DNA from: Caecitellus pseudoparvulus
Lineage: Eukaryota; Protista; Bigyra: Bicosoecida
Direction: 5' to 3'
DNA length: 41,986 bases
Assembly: GCA_965644315.1 (NCBI GenBank)
Contig: CBFFRQ010000184.1
Span: 1-41,986, forward strand
Made by a program: the position numbers and the translations under genes. Positions 17,201 to 29,700 of this stretch are shown piece by piece. The notes beneath the pieces were generated by a model, which made no database searches, was not told the DNA's origin, and saw only the letters and a list, made by a program, of their open reading frames with translations. The stretch's first letter is position 1. Every line of letters starts with the position of its first letter.

Positions 17201-17763
17201 GACAAGCGCGACCAATTTCCGCAGCACAGTTACCCGCACAAGAGACCTCCCTGGCCGCCTGTCGCAAAGAAACGACAGAAACGCAACTCCTAGAATGTAA
17301 CACCACACAGGAGTACTCAAAAAAGGCTTCTGGGGCTCCCCGCTCCTGCCCCTCTCGCCGCTGAGATGCAGTGCCTCGATGGCTGGCTCAGCTTCCGACT
17401 TCGAACCTGAGCTGTTCACCGAACTGGCAGGCAACTTTCCGAGCAACCATGCGGTAGGTCTTTGACCGGCGTTGCGAAAAAGTATGATAACGTTCACCCT
17501 GTATGCGGGTTCCCCAGCGGAAGGGAGTACCACTTCTCGCTTCGCTATGCTTGCCGTTGAGCTTCCCCTCCTCTGGACGAGCAGAGATCCAGACCCTTCG
17601 CCAGTATGTCGTTATTCCCTCGAGCAGAGGGAACAGAAGGACAACACAAGCGATACTCTTGAAGTACACTTTCAGCGTCAAGGGCCAACGAAAACATAGA
17701 GGCCAAAGCAAATATAGATGACAGAGATTGCATTGAATGGAGATGGGAAGCTCACAAATGAAG

Positions 17764-20700
17764 TCACCCTTGGTGTCTTGGAAGCGCGACGGTCGATCGC
17801 GCAAGTGCAACCGTTTTGCCTCCCCACACACACAGCGGGTCGGGGAGTGGCATCGCGTGCGGTACTTCCTCGACCTCCACTGCAACGTGCTTTCCCAACT
17901 CCACTGTTTCAGGATCCCACTCTTCATCTATCCAGTCAGCGTCGTGCAGCACCATGATGGAGTCGTCTTCTGGAGCGGGAAGCCCCACTGCCGCGTAGCA
18001 GGCCGCCACTTGCTCCGCAAAAGTCTGAGTTGGATCAAGCTGGACCGCGATGGGGCCGGCCAACACCTCACGGCCACCAACATGTTGGGTTCCCAAGGTT
18101 TCCAAAGCCCGAATGTCCTGCTCCATATCACTTACGACGTACAGGGCTACATGGCAGGCCTGCCTTGGGCGAACGTGGATGCTTTGCAGCACCACGCCGG
18201 ACAGGTCGCTGCCAGGCGCCTTGGTTCCGGCAGAGGTGCAAAATTCCACGATAAACTTGTCTCGAGAGGATGCTGGAACGTGCACCTCGTCGAAGATTGC
18301 CCTCACATTCACCGGCACGCGGATGTCGAGCTTGATCTCTGTTTGCGCTTCGAGCTCCCGCCCAGTTGGGCCGTCGCCAGGCAAGCCCAGCAGCAGCAGG
18401 GGAACCGCTTGCATGCATGCATCCATGCTCACCACACCCACACTGAAGCGACTCTCGCTCGGCGAGCGCAGGGCTGTCTTGAATGCAGCAAAGTTGGCTT
18501 CGTTCAGGGCAACTGGAGTCGGGATGCCAGTCCATTTGAGCATGAAGCAGTGCTCACTCGGAGGGCTGCGCTTCTTGAGGACTTTCAGCACTGCAGCTTG
18601 GAACTCTGGGATGGACTCCAATATGCTATCTGTCAGCCTGATCTTCCTGCTTCGCTGCATACTGCGCAAGAAGCAGGAGTCCGAGCTTGGATCACTCGCA
18701 CCAAGCAAGGTCACAGAAAGTGTGATGCCTTTGCTTTCCTGGCCTGCACTGCTTGGCGCGTGCTGCTCAACCAGGTCGTCTACGCCGTTTGTGAACTCTA
18801 TCACCTTGAAGTCTGACAATACATCACGCAGGTCACCATCCAAAGCTTCGCGGACACGCGAAGCGAGGTGCATGCTTTCGTCGTCCAGCGTGCCACAGGC
18901 CAAGGCAGAGGCGTTCAGGTGTGCCAAAGCATTGACCACATCTTGCTCACATTCAAGCGGCATTTCACCGGGAGGCTGACCGATTCGACGCATCGGCTGT
19001 TCCTTCTTGGCCGCTGTCCCAGCCTGTGGGTGTCCACCGCCAAAATGTAAGCTTCCTCGCCCCCCAGTGCGCAATGGCTGAGGCATGGCTTGCCCTCCGC
19101 GTGACTGCGCTTGGGGCATTGCTTGGCCTCCAGTTGGCTCCAAGCGCGCAGCTTCCCTTTCTTGCTCCCGCATTTGCTTGTGAGCGTCCAATTTCAGAGC
19201 CTCATCCGCTGCCAAGGCGTGATCGATGGGCGCGCTGTCCAAGAAGTCTGGTTTGCTTGTGTCTGACGCAAAGCGGAGCTTCGGAGCATACTTGTGGCGT
19301 GGGCTCTTCCCAGAGCCATCACCCTGCTTAAAATCTTCCGCGCTCTGCAAGATCGCCCGAAGGCGTTGAGAAAGTTGCTGGATGGTATTGGTGACAAGGA
19401 CAAATGCGCCTACAAGCACGCCTTCGGCGGCCGTACCGTCAGCCTTGGTGATGCCCAGCAGAACATGAGCCATGGAGTTCTTTGGCTTCTTTTCTCCGTA
19501 CAGTGCTGCGTGAACAAACTGGTTATCGGCTAGCAGCGACTCTGAGGAGCTTTGGGACAGCCACGAGACGGATGCTTCCGCGAGTGCGTTCTTGAGGTGC
19601 TGCAGCATGTCCAGATCACTCTGGGCACTCTTTGTGTCACCTTCAGCAACAAGCTCCTCAATCTTGCGAAGACATTCGTCCACTTCTTCCATGATTGAAG
19701 CTGGAAGAGCGTTCTCAGCCGCCTCCTTTTCCAGGTGCTTCTGGAACTGCCGCACGAAGGACCTGTAGCTCCCCACCGCCAGCCGCCTGAGCCTTCGTGA
19801 GGTACCGGACACTTTCCCGCTGAACAAGGGCTTGCTGAGGCTGGTTGCTAGGATGCCTTCCTCGAGCAGCTTCCTCACGGAATCTGTGGCGGAGCGCAGG
19901 AGTTCGCGCCACTGCTTGTCTGTGAGTGACGAAGCCATAATCTTGCTGTCCTTCCACTCAACACCAGCTTCCTCGCAGAGCAGCAGGGCTTCTTCAAGCA
20001 GGGACTGCTCCTCGGACACTTCGGGAGCTTCGGGAACTTCAGGAACTTCCTCTGCTTGATCTTCATGTTGGTCAAGCAATGGCTCAAATTTTAGTTCCAT
20101 GCTCAATTGACCATCAAATTCTGGCTCAGCGGCGCTTGTCGCTGCCTGTTCAACCTCCCGCTTGAACCTGCATGCCTCCTGCAGGTCAGACACATCCAAC
20201 CGCACTTTCCCCCGCATGATCAGCGGGAGTATGAAGCGGGCTAGATTCTCAGCGTCCACCCTCACGTGCCCAGCAGCAAAGGGCTGCGAGTCTGCGGAGG
20301 CAGCTGTCCGTGCTGCGAGCCACTTTGCACGCGCCTCCTCACTGCTCAAGCGAAGCTTGTACTTTTCCGGCAAGAACAGATCCAGAGGTGGCTCACCTGG
20401 ACTCGGTTTCGGCACTCGTTGGGCGATGTAGCTGAAGCGCGTCCCACATCCACGCTTCTTCCCGCTCTGCCTCTCGGCTTCAAGACGTGCCGCAGTCTCG
20501 GCGGCACTCTCATGTGAGTGCTGGCCGCATACTCCTGCGTCAGAGTACATCGCCCTTTCCATGAGGCGTTGGCAGTCTGGGTTCGGGCAGATGCTGTACT
20601 TTTGCTCGTGCATGAGTTGCTGCGTACTTCGCCCTTCGTCGAAAGCAGCTTCTCGCTCCTGCTGATCAAGAAAGTCGGCCTCCTCCATAGCCTTTGAGTC

Positions 20701-23700
20701 GTGCCCGGGTTCCACATCGTTGTACTCCACATCCGCTTCCCAGCGCAGAAAGAATGGAATGAGTCGGCGAAGCTTGTCCACGAGTGAGAGAGGGGCGGCT
20801 TCGCCTCCTTCTTCCTGATCAACATAGGGATCGACCTCCCCGGTGTGCATCACAAGTTCACGGAACGAGATTCCAGTGCTGGCAATGTGCTTCAGCGCGC
20901 GACTGCCGTGTGTTGCTTCAAGCAAGCATCCTCCTCGATTGATGCCAGTCAAGGCTGTCATCGCTCTCAGCTGCCTTGTTGCATCTAACTCCATCATCGC
21001 GTTCTGAGATTTGACCAGGCGCTCTCTGAGCATCCGCAGAGGCAGAGCTCTCTCCATTTCACTCTCGGTGAACGAAAAGCTTAATACATCGCTCACCATG
21101 AGCTGCTTACAGCCGTCTTCGTTGCCGATGCAAAGCCTGGGAATGCCCTGCTCGAGCTCAGCCTGGTGGCCACACACAGCTTCGTACATGCCAAATGCTG
21201 CTTGCAGCAAGTTCCAGCTCTTCACAAACTCGTCAAGCTTCTTCCTGCCTACATCGACCGTCACTTGATCAAGCCTCTTTCTAGACAGCGCGTCCACCAT
21301 TGGCAACTCCCAAGCTTCAGCCTCACTGACCTTGCCTGCGAGCTCCTCATTGCACCACTGGTAGAACGACAGCATGACGGGGATGTGGGTGGCGAAGTGC
21401 AAGGAGTTACCGTGCTGGCCATCTACAAGCTCGTGGAGCACCGCGCCTGCCAGGAGAGACCCAGGCAGCTCCATTCCCTCTTCAGCTTTCACCTTCGCGT
21501 CGCCTGCAGCAGCTTCTAGTCCGAGGACAAGCTGTGTGGTCGGGCTAGTCAGCCAGTGGGTGCAGCGGTGGCTCTTCAAGCCGGCGGCACAGCGACCGAG
21601 GGCGGGACGCAGAGCCAACACTTTGGAGCTGCAAGCCTTAACAAGAGCGACCAACTTGTCGTGAAAGTCATCAGCAGACAAGGGCGTCGAGACGAACTCC
21701 GCGCACACAGCCTTTGCTTCCTCTGAGCTTTCAGCAAAATAAGCCAAGTGCCAGGCCTCCAAACCCAACTCCTTCAGAATGCCTTCATGTGCCAGAACCC
21801 TGGTCAGGCGATCGTATCCCCTCTCTGAGCCTGCTATGTGTGCCATGACCACTGCACCCCATGCAGGACTGGCCCCCTGGAGCCGCTTCATGGCTTCCTT
21901 CACAGGCCGTGCACGAACACTTTCGTGATCTGGATTCGATCCAAGCATTGCAGCAAGCAGCTCGCAGAATACCAAGCTCTCTGCAGCAACCCTGGCCTTG
22001 TCCAGGGTTGACCGCGCATCCGCATGTCTGGAGGACAGTACTTCAGCGGCCGCTGGCTCCAGCGGGCATGTGTTTGTGGGTCCGATGTGAAGGATGTGCT
22101 CAGAAGTGTGCCTTGCGAGCATCCACACGAGCAAGTCGTAGGAAGCATGGGTCTCAAGATGCGCGACCTCCCACCCGTACAGCGCTGCAACCTGGCGTGA
22201 CAGAGCAATACAGAGGGCAGTCGGCACGAACGTGGCACTTTCTGTCTTGAACGAGACTTGTGCAAGCTGCTCACTGAAACCAGCGTGAGTGTGCAACTGG
22301 CTCAGCAGCTGCACCCTTGCCAAACATGGCAGCGCGCTCGGTGCATCTTTGTTCAGCAGCCGCAGTAAACTCATTGGTGCCTCCCCTCCAGGCAAGGTCA
22401 AGGGAGTGCTCGGCTCCATGAACAGGGCTGTGCGGATAATTGCCTGCTTCGCTGCTGTCGAGCCAAAGGCGCCCTCACAGCCAGGGAGGATCCACTGGAA
22501 GCAAGCCAGGAAGGCTGAAGACATCATGCAGTGGAATTCCTCCAAGTAGCCGTCAGGGACGTCTGCAGAGAGTGATGCATACTGCCCAAGCACAAACAGC
22601 ATGGTATCCAGTGGAAGCTGGCCCCGCAGGCCAGGATCAGTTGCTACAGCCTTGATGCGGGCAATGAGCAGGCCCAGAATGCCCTCCGGGGCCCGCATCA
22701 GAACTTCGGACATGCACACCAGCTGAGCGCACTTGCCAAACAACTGCTCGTCATGGCAAACCCCCTCTGCTGTCCTGCACGATCCTTGGCGGGCAGCAGC
22801 CACACGCCCCAGCCATTCGCACACCTGCGATTCAGACTCGGGGCCGTCTAGCAAGCCCTCGACTGCCGCTTGCACTGCGTCCAGGATTCGGCCAGCCCCA
22901 CTTGCAGAACCAGAAACAGGAACAGCGGGAGCAGCGCCCAGTGATCTGGAGCTGTACACCGAGGCGATGACCTCGGAGACAAACCGAGTCAAGGCTCTGT
23001 GTCGAAGGAAGAACGTCAGTGGAACTGACCCAGGGAAGATGTGCTGGGTTGCCAATGCCCTGACTCTCTGGAGCAGCTCCCCAGCAATGTGGTCGAATTC
23101 ATGGGGCATCATCGGCACCACGGCTTTGGCAAAGCCTTGCAGATGCCGCCCCTCACTCACGAAATCTGCATCGTCAACTTCCACAACGTTGCAGTACAAC
23201 TTCAAGAAATCGCGGGACAGGAGAAGCATGAGCTCGTCCCGCTCTTGCAGGAGCTCAAAACAAGACTGCATGTGCTCGAACCCAAGCTGCACATCACCGT
23301 CAGCTGCTAGCAAGGATCTTGCCAGTGCGAACTGTTCCTCCAACCCCTGAACACGCTGCTTGCAGGCGTCAGACACAAGCTTCAAACTGCGGAGGACAGT
23401 GAAGCCGAAAGGAAGCTCAGCTGCAGCTGGAACAACTGGTGAGGGCACTTTCTCACGGCCTTGCTTGCGGGATACGCTTGTCAAGGACACGTGCCTGCCG
23501 ACTTCGATGTTCAGGACGCTCTTCACTGCCTCAGCTGCGAACTCGAGAAGAACGGGCGATGATCCTTCAGCACGCAGCTTGCACATAGCCTCGAAGCCGA
23601 AGTCTCTCGCCGACCGAGCCAGGAACGCCTGCACCATGCCAAAGCTCAAGTCCTGCAACCGTTTACGAAGGTGCACGACCATGCTCTCCGTCACTGCCGA

Positions 23701-26700
23701 GCTCGACACACCCTCAGCGGCGTCGCTCGTGAGCGTTCCCACAAGTCCCCTCCACACCAGCGCAAACATGTCCATGAGGGCATCAAGCAGCACCCCGTGA
23801 GCCACAGAGTCCTGCATGACTTCCCGGGCTTTCTTTCGCAGAGCAGGAAAGCCTTGATAAATCGCAGTAGACAGCACCACCCCTCGCTTGGCCAGTGTCT
23901 CTGGTTTCATCCCCATCACAGATGCATCCAGGTTGGAGCAAGCTTCTTTCACCCCGCTCTCCACGGAAGGGCGCAGTTTAGACTTGAACCACGAAATGTC
24001 TTTCGACAGCTCTCGCTGGGCTGCTGCGAGCAACCACTGCTTGGCTTCTTCATCCGCACTTGCCTGGGCTGCCGCGTCACTCTCGCTTACCTCATCCACA
24101 GCGTCCGCGACAATGTGTTGCCAATCCAGTCCAGTTGGGACGAACGGGAATCGCTCCACCAAGTTGCGCTCATCCGAGCCAGCGTGCAGCACGAGCACAG
24201 CACGGGGCTGCAAGGCCCTGAGGCATTCGTGAAGCGAGCCCCACTTCCTCGACAGCATGCGTTTCATGAGCGCCACTTGCGGATGGCTTCCCTTGTGCAC
24301 GTGTTCGGTGATGGTGAAAATCAGCGTCGGAAACACTGCATCTGGCGAGCGGTCCGCAGTGGCAACTCGCGAGCACACCTCCAGGAACTCGTCCACGAGG
24401 TGCTCAGCCGTCGCGGCCGAGGGGCAGTCGGAAAGAGCGGCCACGAACGCACATGGCTGCCCAGATCCAAGACCCGAAACCTCCTTCCACTTCACTTCGC
24501 GGTGTCCCTTGGTCACATGCACAACTGGGCAGCCAAGCATGATACTGGCTCTCTCCTCATCTTGCTGCAGCTGCAACACACCAGTGGACGACCTGCAGGT
24601 CAACAGACTCAAAGGCCGAGCATTGCTTCCCCGCCCAGAAGCGGCGATGGCGTTTCGCAAGAACTGCGCCCCGCTGAAGTGCTCCTGCTCCTTCATGTAC
24701 ACATCAATGTACGCACTTGGAAGTCGCTTCAACACACCACTTTGCATCACAAAGTCTGGTCGCAGGATGCTCAGCAGCTCCATGTTGCACCGCTCAACGA
24801 GCTCAAGCGCCAAAGCATCATCCGTCATGGCTGGCGATGTGCCACCCGACTCGGCAGCCTTGCTCAAAACTTGCAGGATCAACGCGGGGATTGTCTCACT
24901 GGAGTCAAAGCCAGTGAATGCAGCTTCTGGTTGGCTGCTACAAACAAACGCTACAAAGTCACGGACACCGTGCAAGACGTTCTGGAGCAGCCGGCTTTGC
25001 GCTGCGACTTCGCCCTGAAGGAACTCAAAGCTCTCCAGGTACCTGTGCGCAGATGCCTTGAGTATCTGAGCAGCACTCACGGAGAACTTAGAGAAACGAT
25101 TCAAGAGTGGGGAAGGTAGCTCTGGCAACTTCCAGAAGGGCACGTGCACGACGAGTCTGAAGTCCTGGTGCACAGCAACTGCCAGCGACAAGGCTCCGAT
25201 CGTGATGTTGGCGTAGTACGCATGCCCGCTGCCGGTGCTGATAATGTGGTAGCGGTGATTCAACAAGTCGTACATGGCTGTGAAGATGACATGGTTGCAG
25301 TTCACCAGCAGCAGTGTCTTGCCGCCTTCAGCTGCAGCCTTGACTTGACGCAACACTTCAGCAGTGCGCAGCTGCTCTGCATCCACCCCAAGGTCAGCCA
25401 CGTTCACCTCAATGGTGAGGTCTTGCTGTAAAATTCCGCGCTGGAAGAGCCAGTGCACGCCTGCCTCAGTGTCAGATCGGTCGATGATCATGGTGTGGCG
25501 GTGCGGCGACTCGGACGGGTCGTCAGCAAAGCCTGCTCGGATGTTGCTCTCCATGGCGCGCAAAATGTCCGGCTTCAGCTCTGTGGCGCTAATCTGGCGT
25601 TTCATGTCCACCACCTCATCGCGCGACATGACCACTTGGAAGCCGCACCCAGGTGTAGCTACAGCGCCCCCAGTCTCTGACGAAGATGCCACTCTGCCGT
25701 CCATGAAGGTCCGCGCGATGGCCCCAAACTCACTCATAGCGTCGGTGCTGCACTCAACAACTTGCATGCAGCGCTGCAACGCGAGGAGCAAGATCTTTGG
25801 CGTAAGTGTGTCCAGCGGCTTCTGACCCAGCTCGTACCTCAGGAAGCGGCAAAAGTACACGAAGTCGCGAAGGTGCAGCCACTTGAAGCACCGGACCGCA
25901 TCTTGCACGAGTTGGAACGCATCCGCTATCCCGCAGACAAGGTCGATCCTTCGCTGGAGACGCTCTTTCAGTGGATCGTCAGCCTTGACGATGACTCGGC
26001 TCACAGATGGGCGATTCCACGGCAGCAACAGCAACGCAGAACACAGCAGCCGTATGTCGTGGGAAGAGGCAGCAGTGTGTTGCACGTGCATGCACCGGTT
26101 GGTCTTGGCAGCGTCGAGAATGCTGTTTGACATCAAGATGGTCGGAACCCCGCTGGGGTCGTCCCACGTGTCGTGAGCAGCCTTCAGCGCATGCTGCTTC
26201 TCACTGGGAAGCCCAGCCTCGTCCATGACAACGACAAGGCGAGTGTGTGCACTTCCAGAACGAGCATGTCCTGCACGCTGCGCGTATGCCGTAGAGTACA
26301 GAGCCTCGATCTCCTCCACTGACGTTGCCTGCGAGCACTGGTAGTTCAAAACTTTCATCCGTTTCAGCTGGCGGAAGAGAGGCGAGCCAGACTCCCGACC
26401 TTGGGAGTTTTCACCACACATGCCCACAGCAAGGGTCTTTCCACAACCTGGCGGGCCGGTAATCAACAAAGACATGGCTGGCTCGACATTCACGCACAAC
26501 ACTGCGCTGAAGAAGTTCTCAAGCAATGGGACGGTCTCCGCCAAGCCGAGGGGTCGGAAAGAGATCTTGCTGAACAAGTGCCTCGTTGCAGCACTCACGG
26601 TGGTAGCGACGTCTTCACAGACAAATCCGACTCCCTCGCAGTGCTCGTGCAGGGCTTCACTGAAGTCTGAGCGAAGGTCTAGGAGATCAGAGCCGTCGTA

Positions 26701-29700
26701 GCCCTTGTGGCCTTCACCTGGCAGGCGCATCCAGTACACACAGCCGATGGCGACAAGTGCGACCTGCACCACGTGTGCAAACAGCGACTCGGTGCTTGTG
26801 ACGAGAATGCCAGGTGGAAGAAAGGGGTTTACGACACGGGTCTTGTCCAGCAACGAAGATCCTCGCAAAGTTGGGTGCACTTTCAGCTGCAAAAGCCACT
26901 TGAACAGGTTGGTCGCCCGGACAAGGTCTCGGAAGGAAAGGTGCATGCGGTTCAAGGCATACGAGCGCACTTTCTCCTGTGCGAAGGAAAGCATGCTTCC
27001 GAACGCATCCAGCCCTTGCTGGAATGCGGCCATGACACTCGCTTCATTCTGCATGAGACCTGCTCCAGCCCCGACTCGAAGCTGGGCGACAATGCTGGCG
27101 AGCCTGCCTGAGGATGCCTGCTGCATGATGCGTTCTTTGATGCCGGCGATGAAAGCCTCTTCAACACCAGTGGTCAGCTTTGGAGAGTTCACGAGGAGTC
27201 GCTCCAGAGGACCGGGCAAGTGCTTCACCACGAAGCTTGTTGTGGCAAGGCGTTCATGCTCTGACGCACCTGCGCCAGCATGAGCTTCCCCTGACGGCAG
27301 GCTTGACGAAACGTGAGTTTGATCCACTGAGCTCTTCGACTCCCCAGCCCGGAACCCGTGCGGATTGATGGCGCCAGCCAAGAAAAGGACACCCGGCAGA
27401 GGCTCCCCATCCATGGTGTGGTTTGAGAATGCCTCAGCAATCATGTGCAGCGCGCCGGCGGTGTTCAGCTCGTCGATGAACAGCACGTATACGAAGTCAT
27501 CGCCATCACTGGCCAGCTCGGTGAGAGCTTGCACGTTGGCCTTGGCGTTGTTGACAATCGCCCTCCAAACATCAGGCGTCACACCCTCGTGCATCAGGTG
27601 GCGCTCGAATTGTTGTGGTGGCCGAGCTATCAGGGCTGCCTGGACGAGTCGCACAGCATCTGAAAGTATCGTGGCCGTAACCGACAGTTTCGGGGCTGCA
27701 ACCCTTGACCCGCGACGTGGTGCTTCCTGGCCAGAACGCGCATTCTCGAGCTCCTGCGTCTTTTCATGCAGTTTTTTCAGCAGTCCATCCCTGAAGTTCA
27801 TTCCAGGGAGCAGGCCCGCCCTCTTGATATCTTTAACAGACGCCATGGCAATGGGTGCTGGGGCTTTGCTCTTCATGTAATGTTCCACAGCATCTGTCGC
27901 AAGTGTAGCCACTTCCGGCGGGATGAGCTTGGACAGGGCAGGGGAGTGCTCCAGCACGACAGCAAGCACAAAGAGAAGCATGTACACGAATGAGCTCTGC
28001 TCTTCGCCCTCAGACGCCTCCACCACAGCTTGGATTGCGCCAGAAAGATCCCGCGCAGAAGACGACGTTTGCAGGTTGAAGGTGAACGCAGATTCTGCAA
28101 GAACGGGGACTGCCCAGTGTGGTACTCTTTGAGTGGCCGCGGCACCAGAGCCTTCGCTACCTGCAACAAACGCCCGAGCCTCCTCAACATTGCGGAGTCG
28201 ACCAATGGCTGCCAACCGCTGGGTCACATGCTCCACTGTAGCGTCCAGTTCATCTTCTGGAGCTGCCTTCACAGCTGCAGACGTCGCGTGCACCAAGTAC
28301 CTGCGCATTGCAAGAGCAATGATGGGCAGAACGTTCAGCTTCTGCATGAATGTCGCATTGCGAACTGTGCTGTACGCCTGCATCAAGAGGTCTTTGCCCA
28401 CACCAGTGTCACCTGACATCAGCACAGGCTGCCGCGAAAGACAGCGCTGGTGCACGTTAAGCATGTTCATGAGCACGAATGGCGTGAGGATGAAGCCACA
28501 AGATTCCAGTGCAGGCTGCAGAAGACTCGTGTTGAGCATGCCCAATGTGGGCGCAATGGTCATTCGCATGTGGGCCAGCTTGACTTCATCCATAGCGCGA
28601 TCTTCGCACACTGACAGCACGAATGGGTGCGATGAGTCAATGCCAAACACTGTCGCAGGGGGTTCTTGTCGGTCTCGGCTGGACACCATGATGCTCCAAT
28701 CAAGCACCTTGTTTTCACGATCGGTTAAGGCTTTCACACCTGTGTCCATCACGGAACTGAACAAGCTGCTGTACCTCACTTTCTCGCTGGAATCTGTGGC
28801 GACTCGGCAGCTCTCGGACAGGATGACGTTCAGCACTGGTCGCCAGAAATCGTCGATGCACAAGGAAAAAATCTTCCCTTGCATCGCCTCTGTGCCTTTG
28901 GATTCATCGCCGTACGCAAGTGAGTTGAATGCTTTCAAGTGTTTCTTCTGGAGAGAAAAAAATTCCGGAGTGGGTGTGAGGTTTACGATGCTTGGAGCAG
29001 TACCTGCGTGTGCAAACCCACGACCTCGTCGCTTCATCTGCTGATCTTCAGGGGGTGGAATTCGAGCCGCGTTGTGCTCGCCCGCCTCCAGGAGTTTTCG
29101 CCACAGTCGAGACAGAACCTTGACAAAGGCTGCAAGGTGGCCAACGGTGGGTGTGCCGGTGCGCCAGCCGCCGCCTGCTGATGGCTGAGACTGCAGCGCT
29201 CGTAGCACGCCCAGGCTTGTCAGCCCTTGCTCCAGGATGCGCCGACATGCATCGTCCGTTAATTCTGGAAGCTTGGAACGGACCAGTCGGCCCATCTCGC
29301 GGATGTCTTTCACGGACTCTTGAAACGCTTGGTGGACAGGGTCTGTCGCCCCGCCAAGAGCAGACGCGAGCCCGATCGCCAAGCATGCATCTCTCCATGT
29401 CTCATCGATGACGATGTGCTGCAGCCCTGAGTGAGTAGCAGTCCACGTGGCTGGCAGTAGGGACAGACTGGGGAGCTTTGGCAAGAAGGGGTGGTCTCGG
29501 GGTTCGGTAGTGCCGGCCTCGGGTGGCCACGCTGGCTGTTTTCCGTGCTTCACGATGGCAGGCAGCTCCACCACCACATGGAGCTTGAAACCGGGGCGGA
29601 ATCCAGAGACCGTGCCATGCGCTGAATCCCCCAGACAGTTGCACAAGGCGAGGTGTGCAAGAATGCTGTCAAGCATAGCCAAGTCAGCCCCTTCTGTGAG

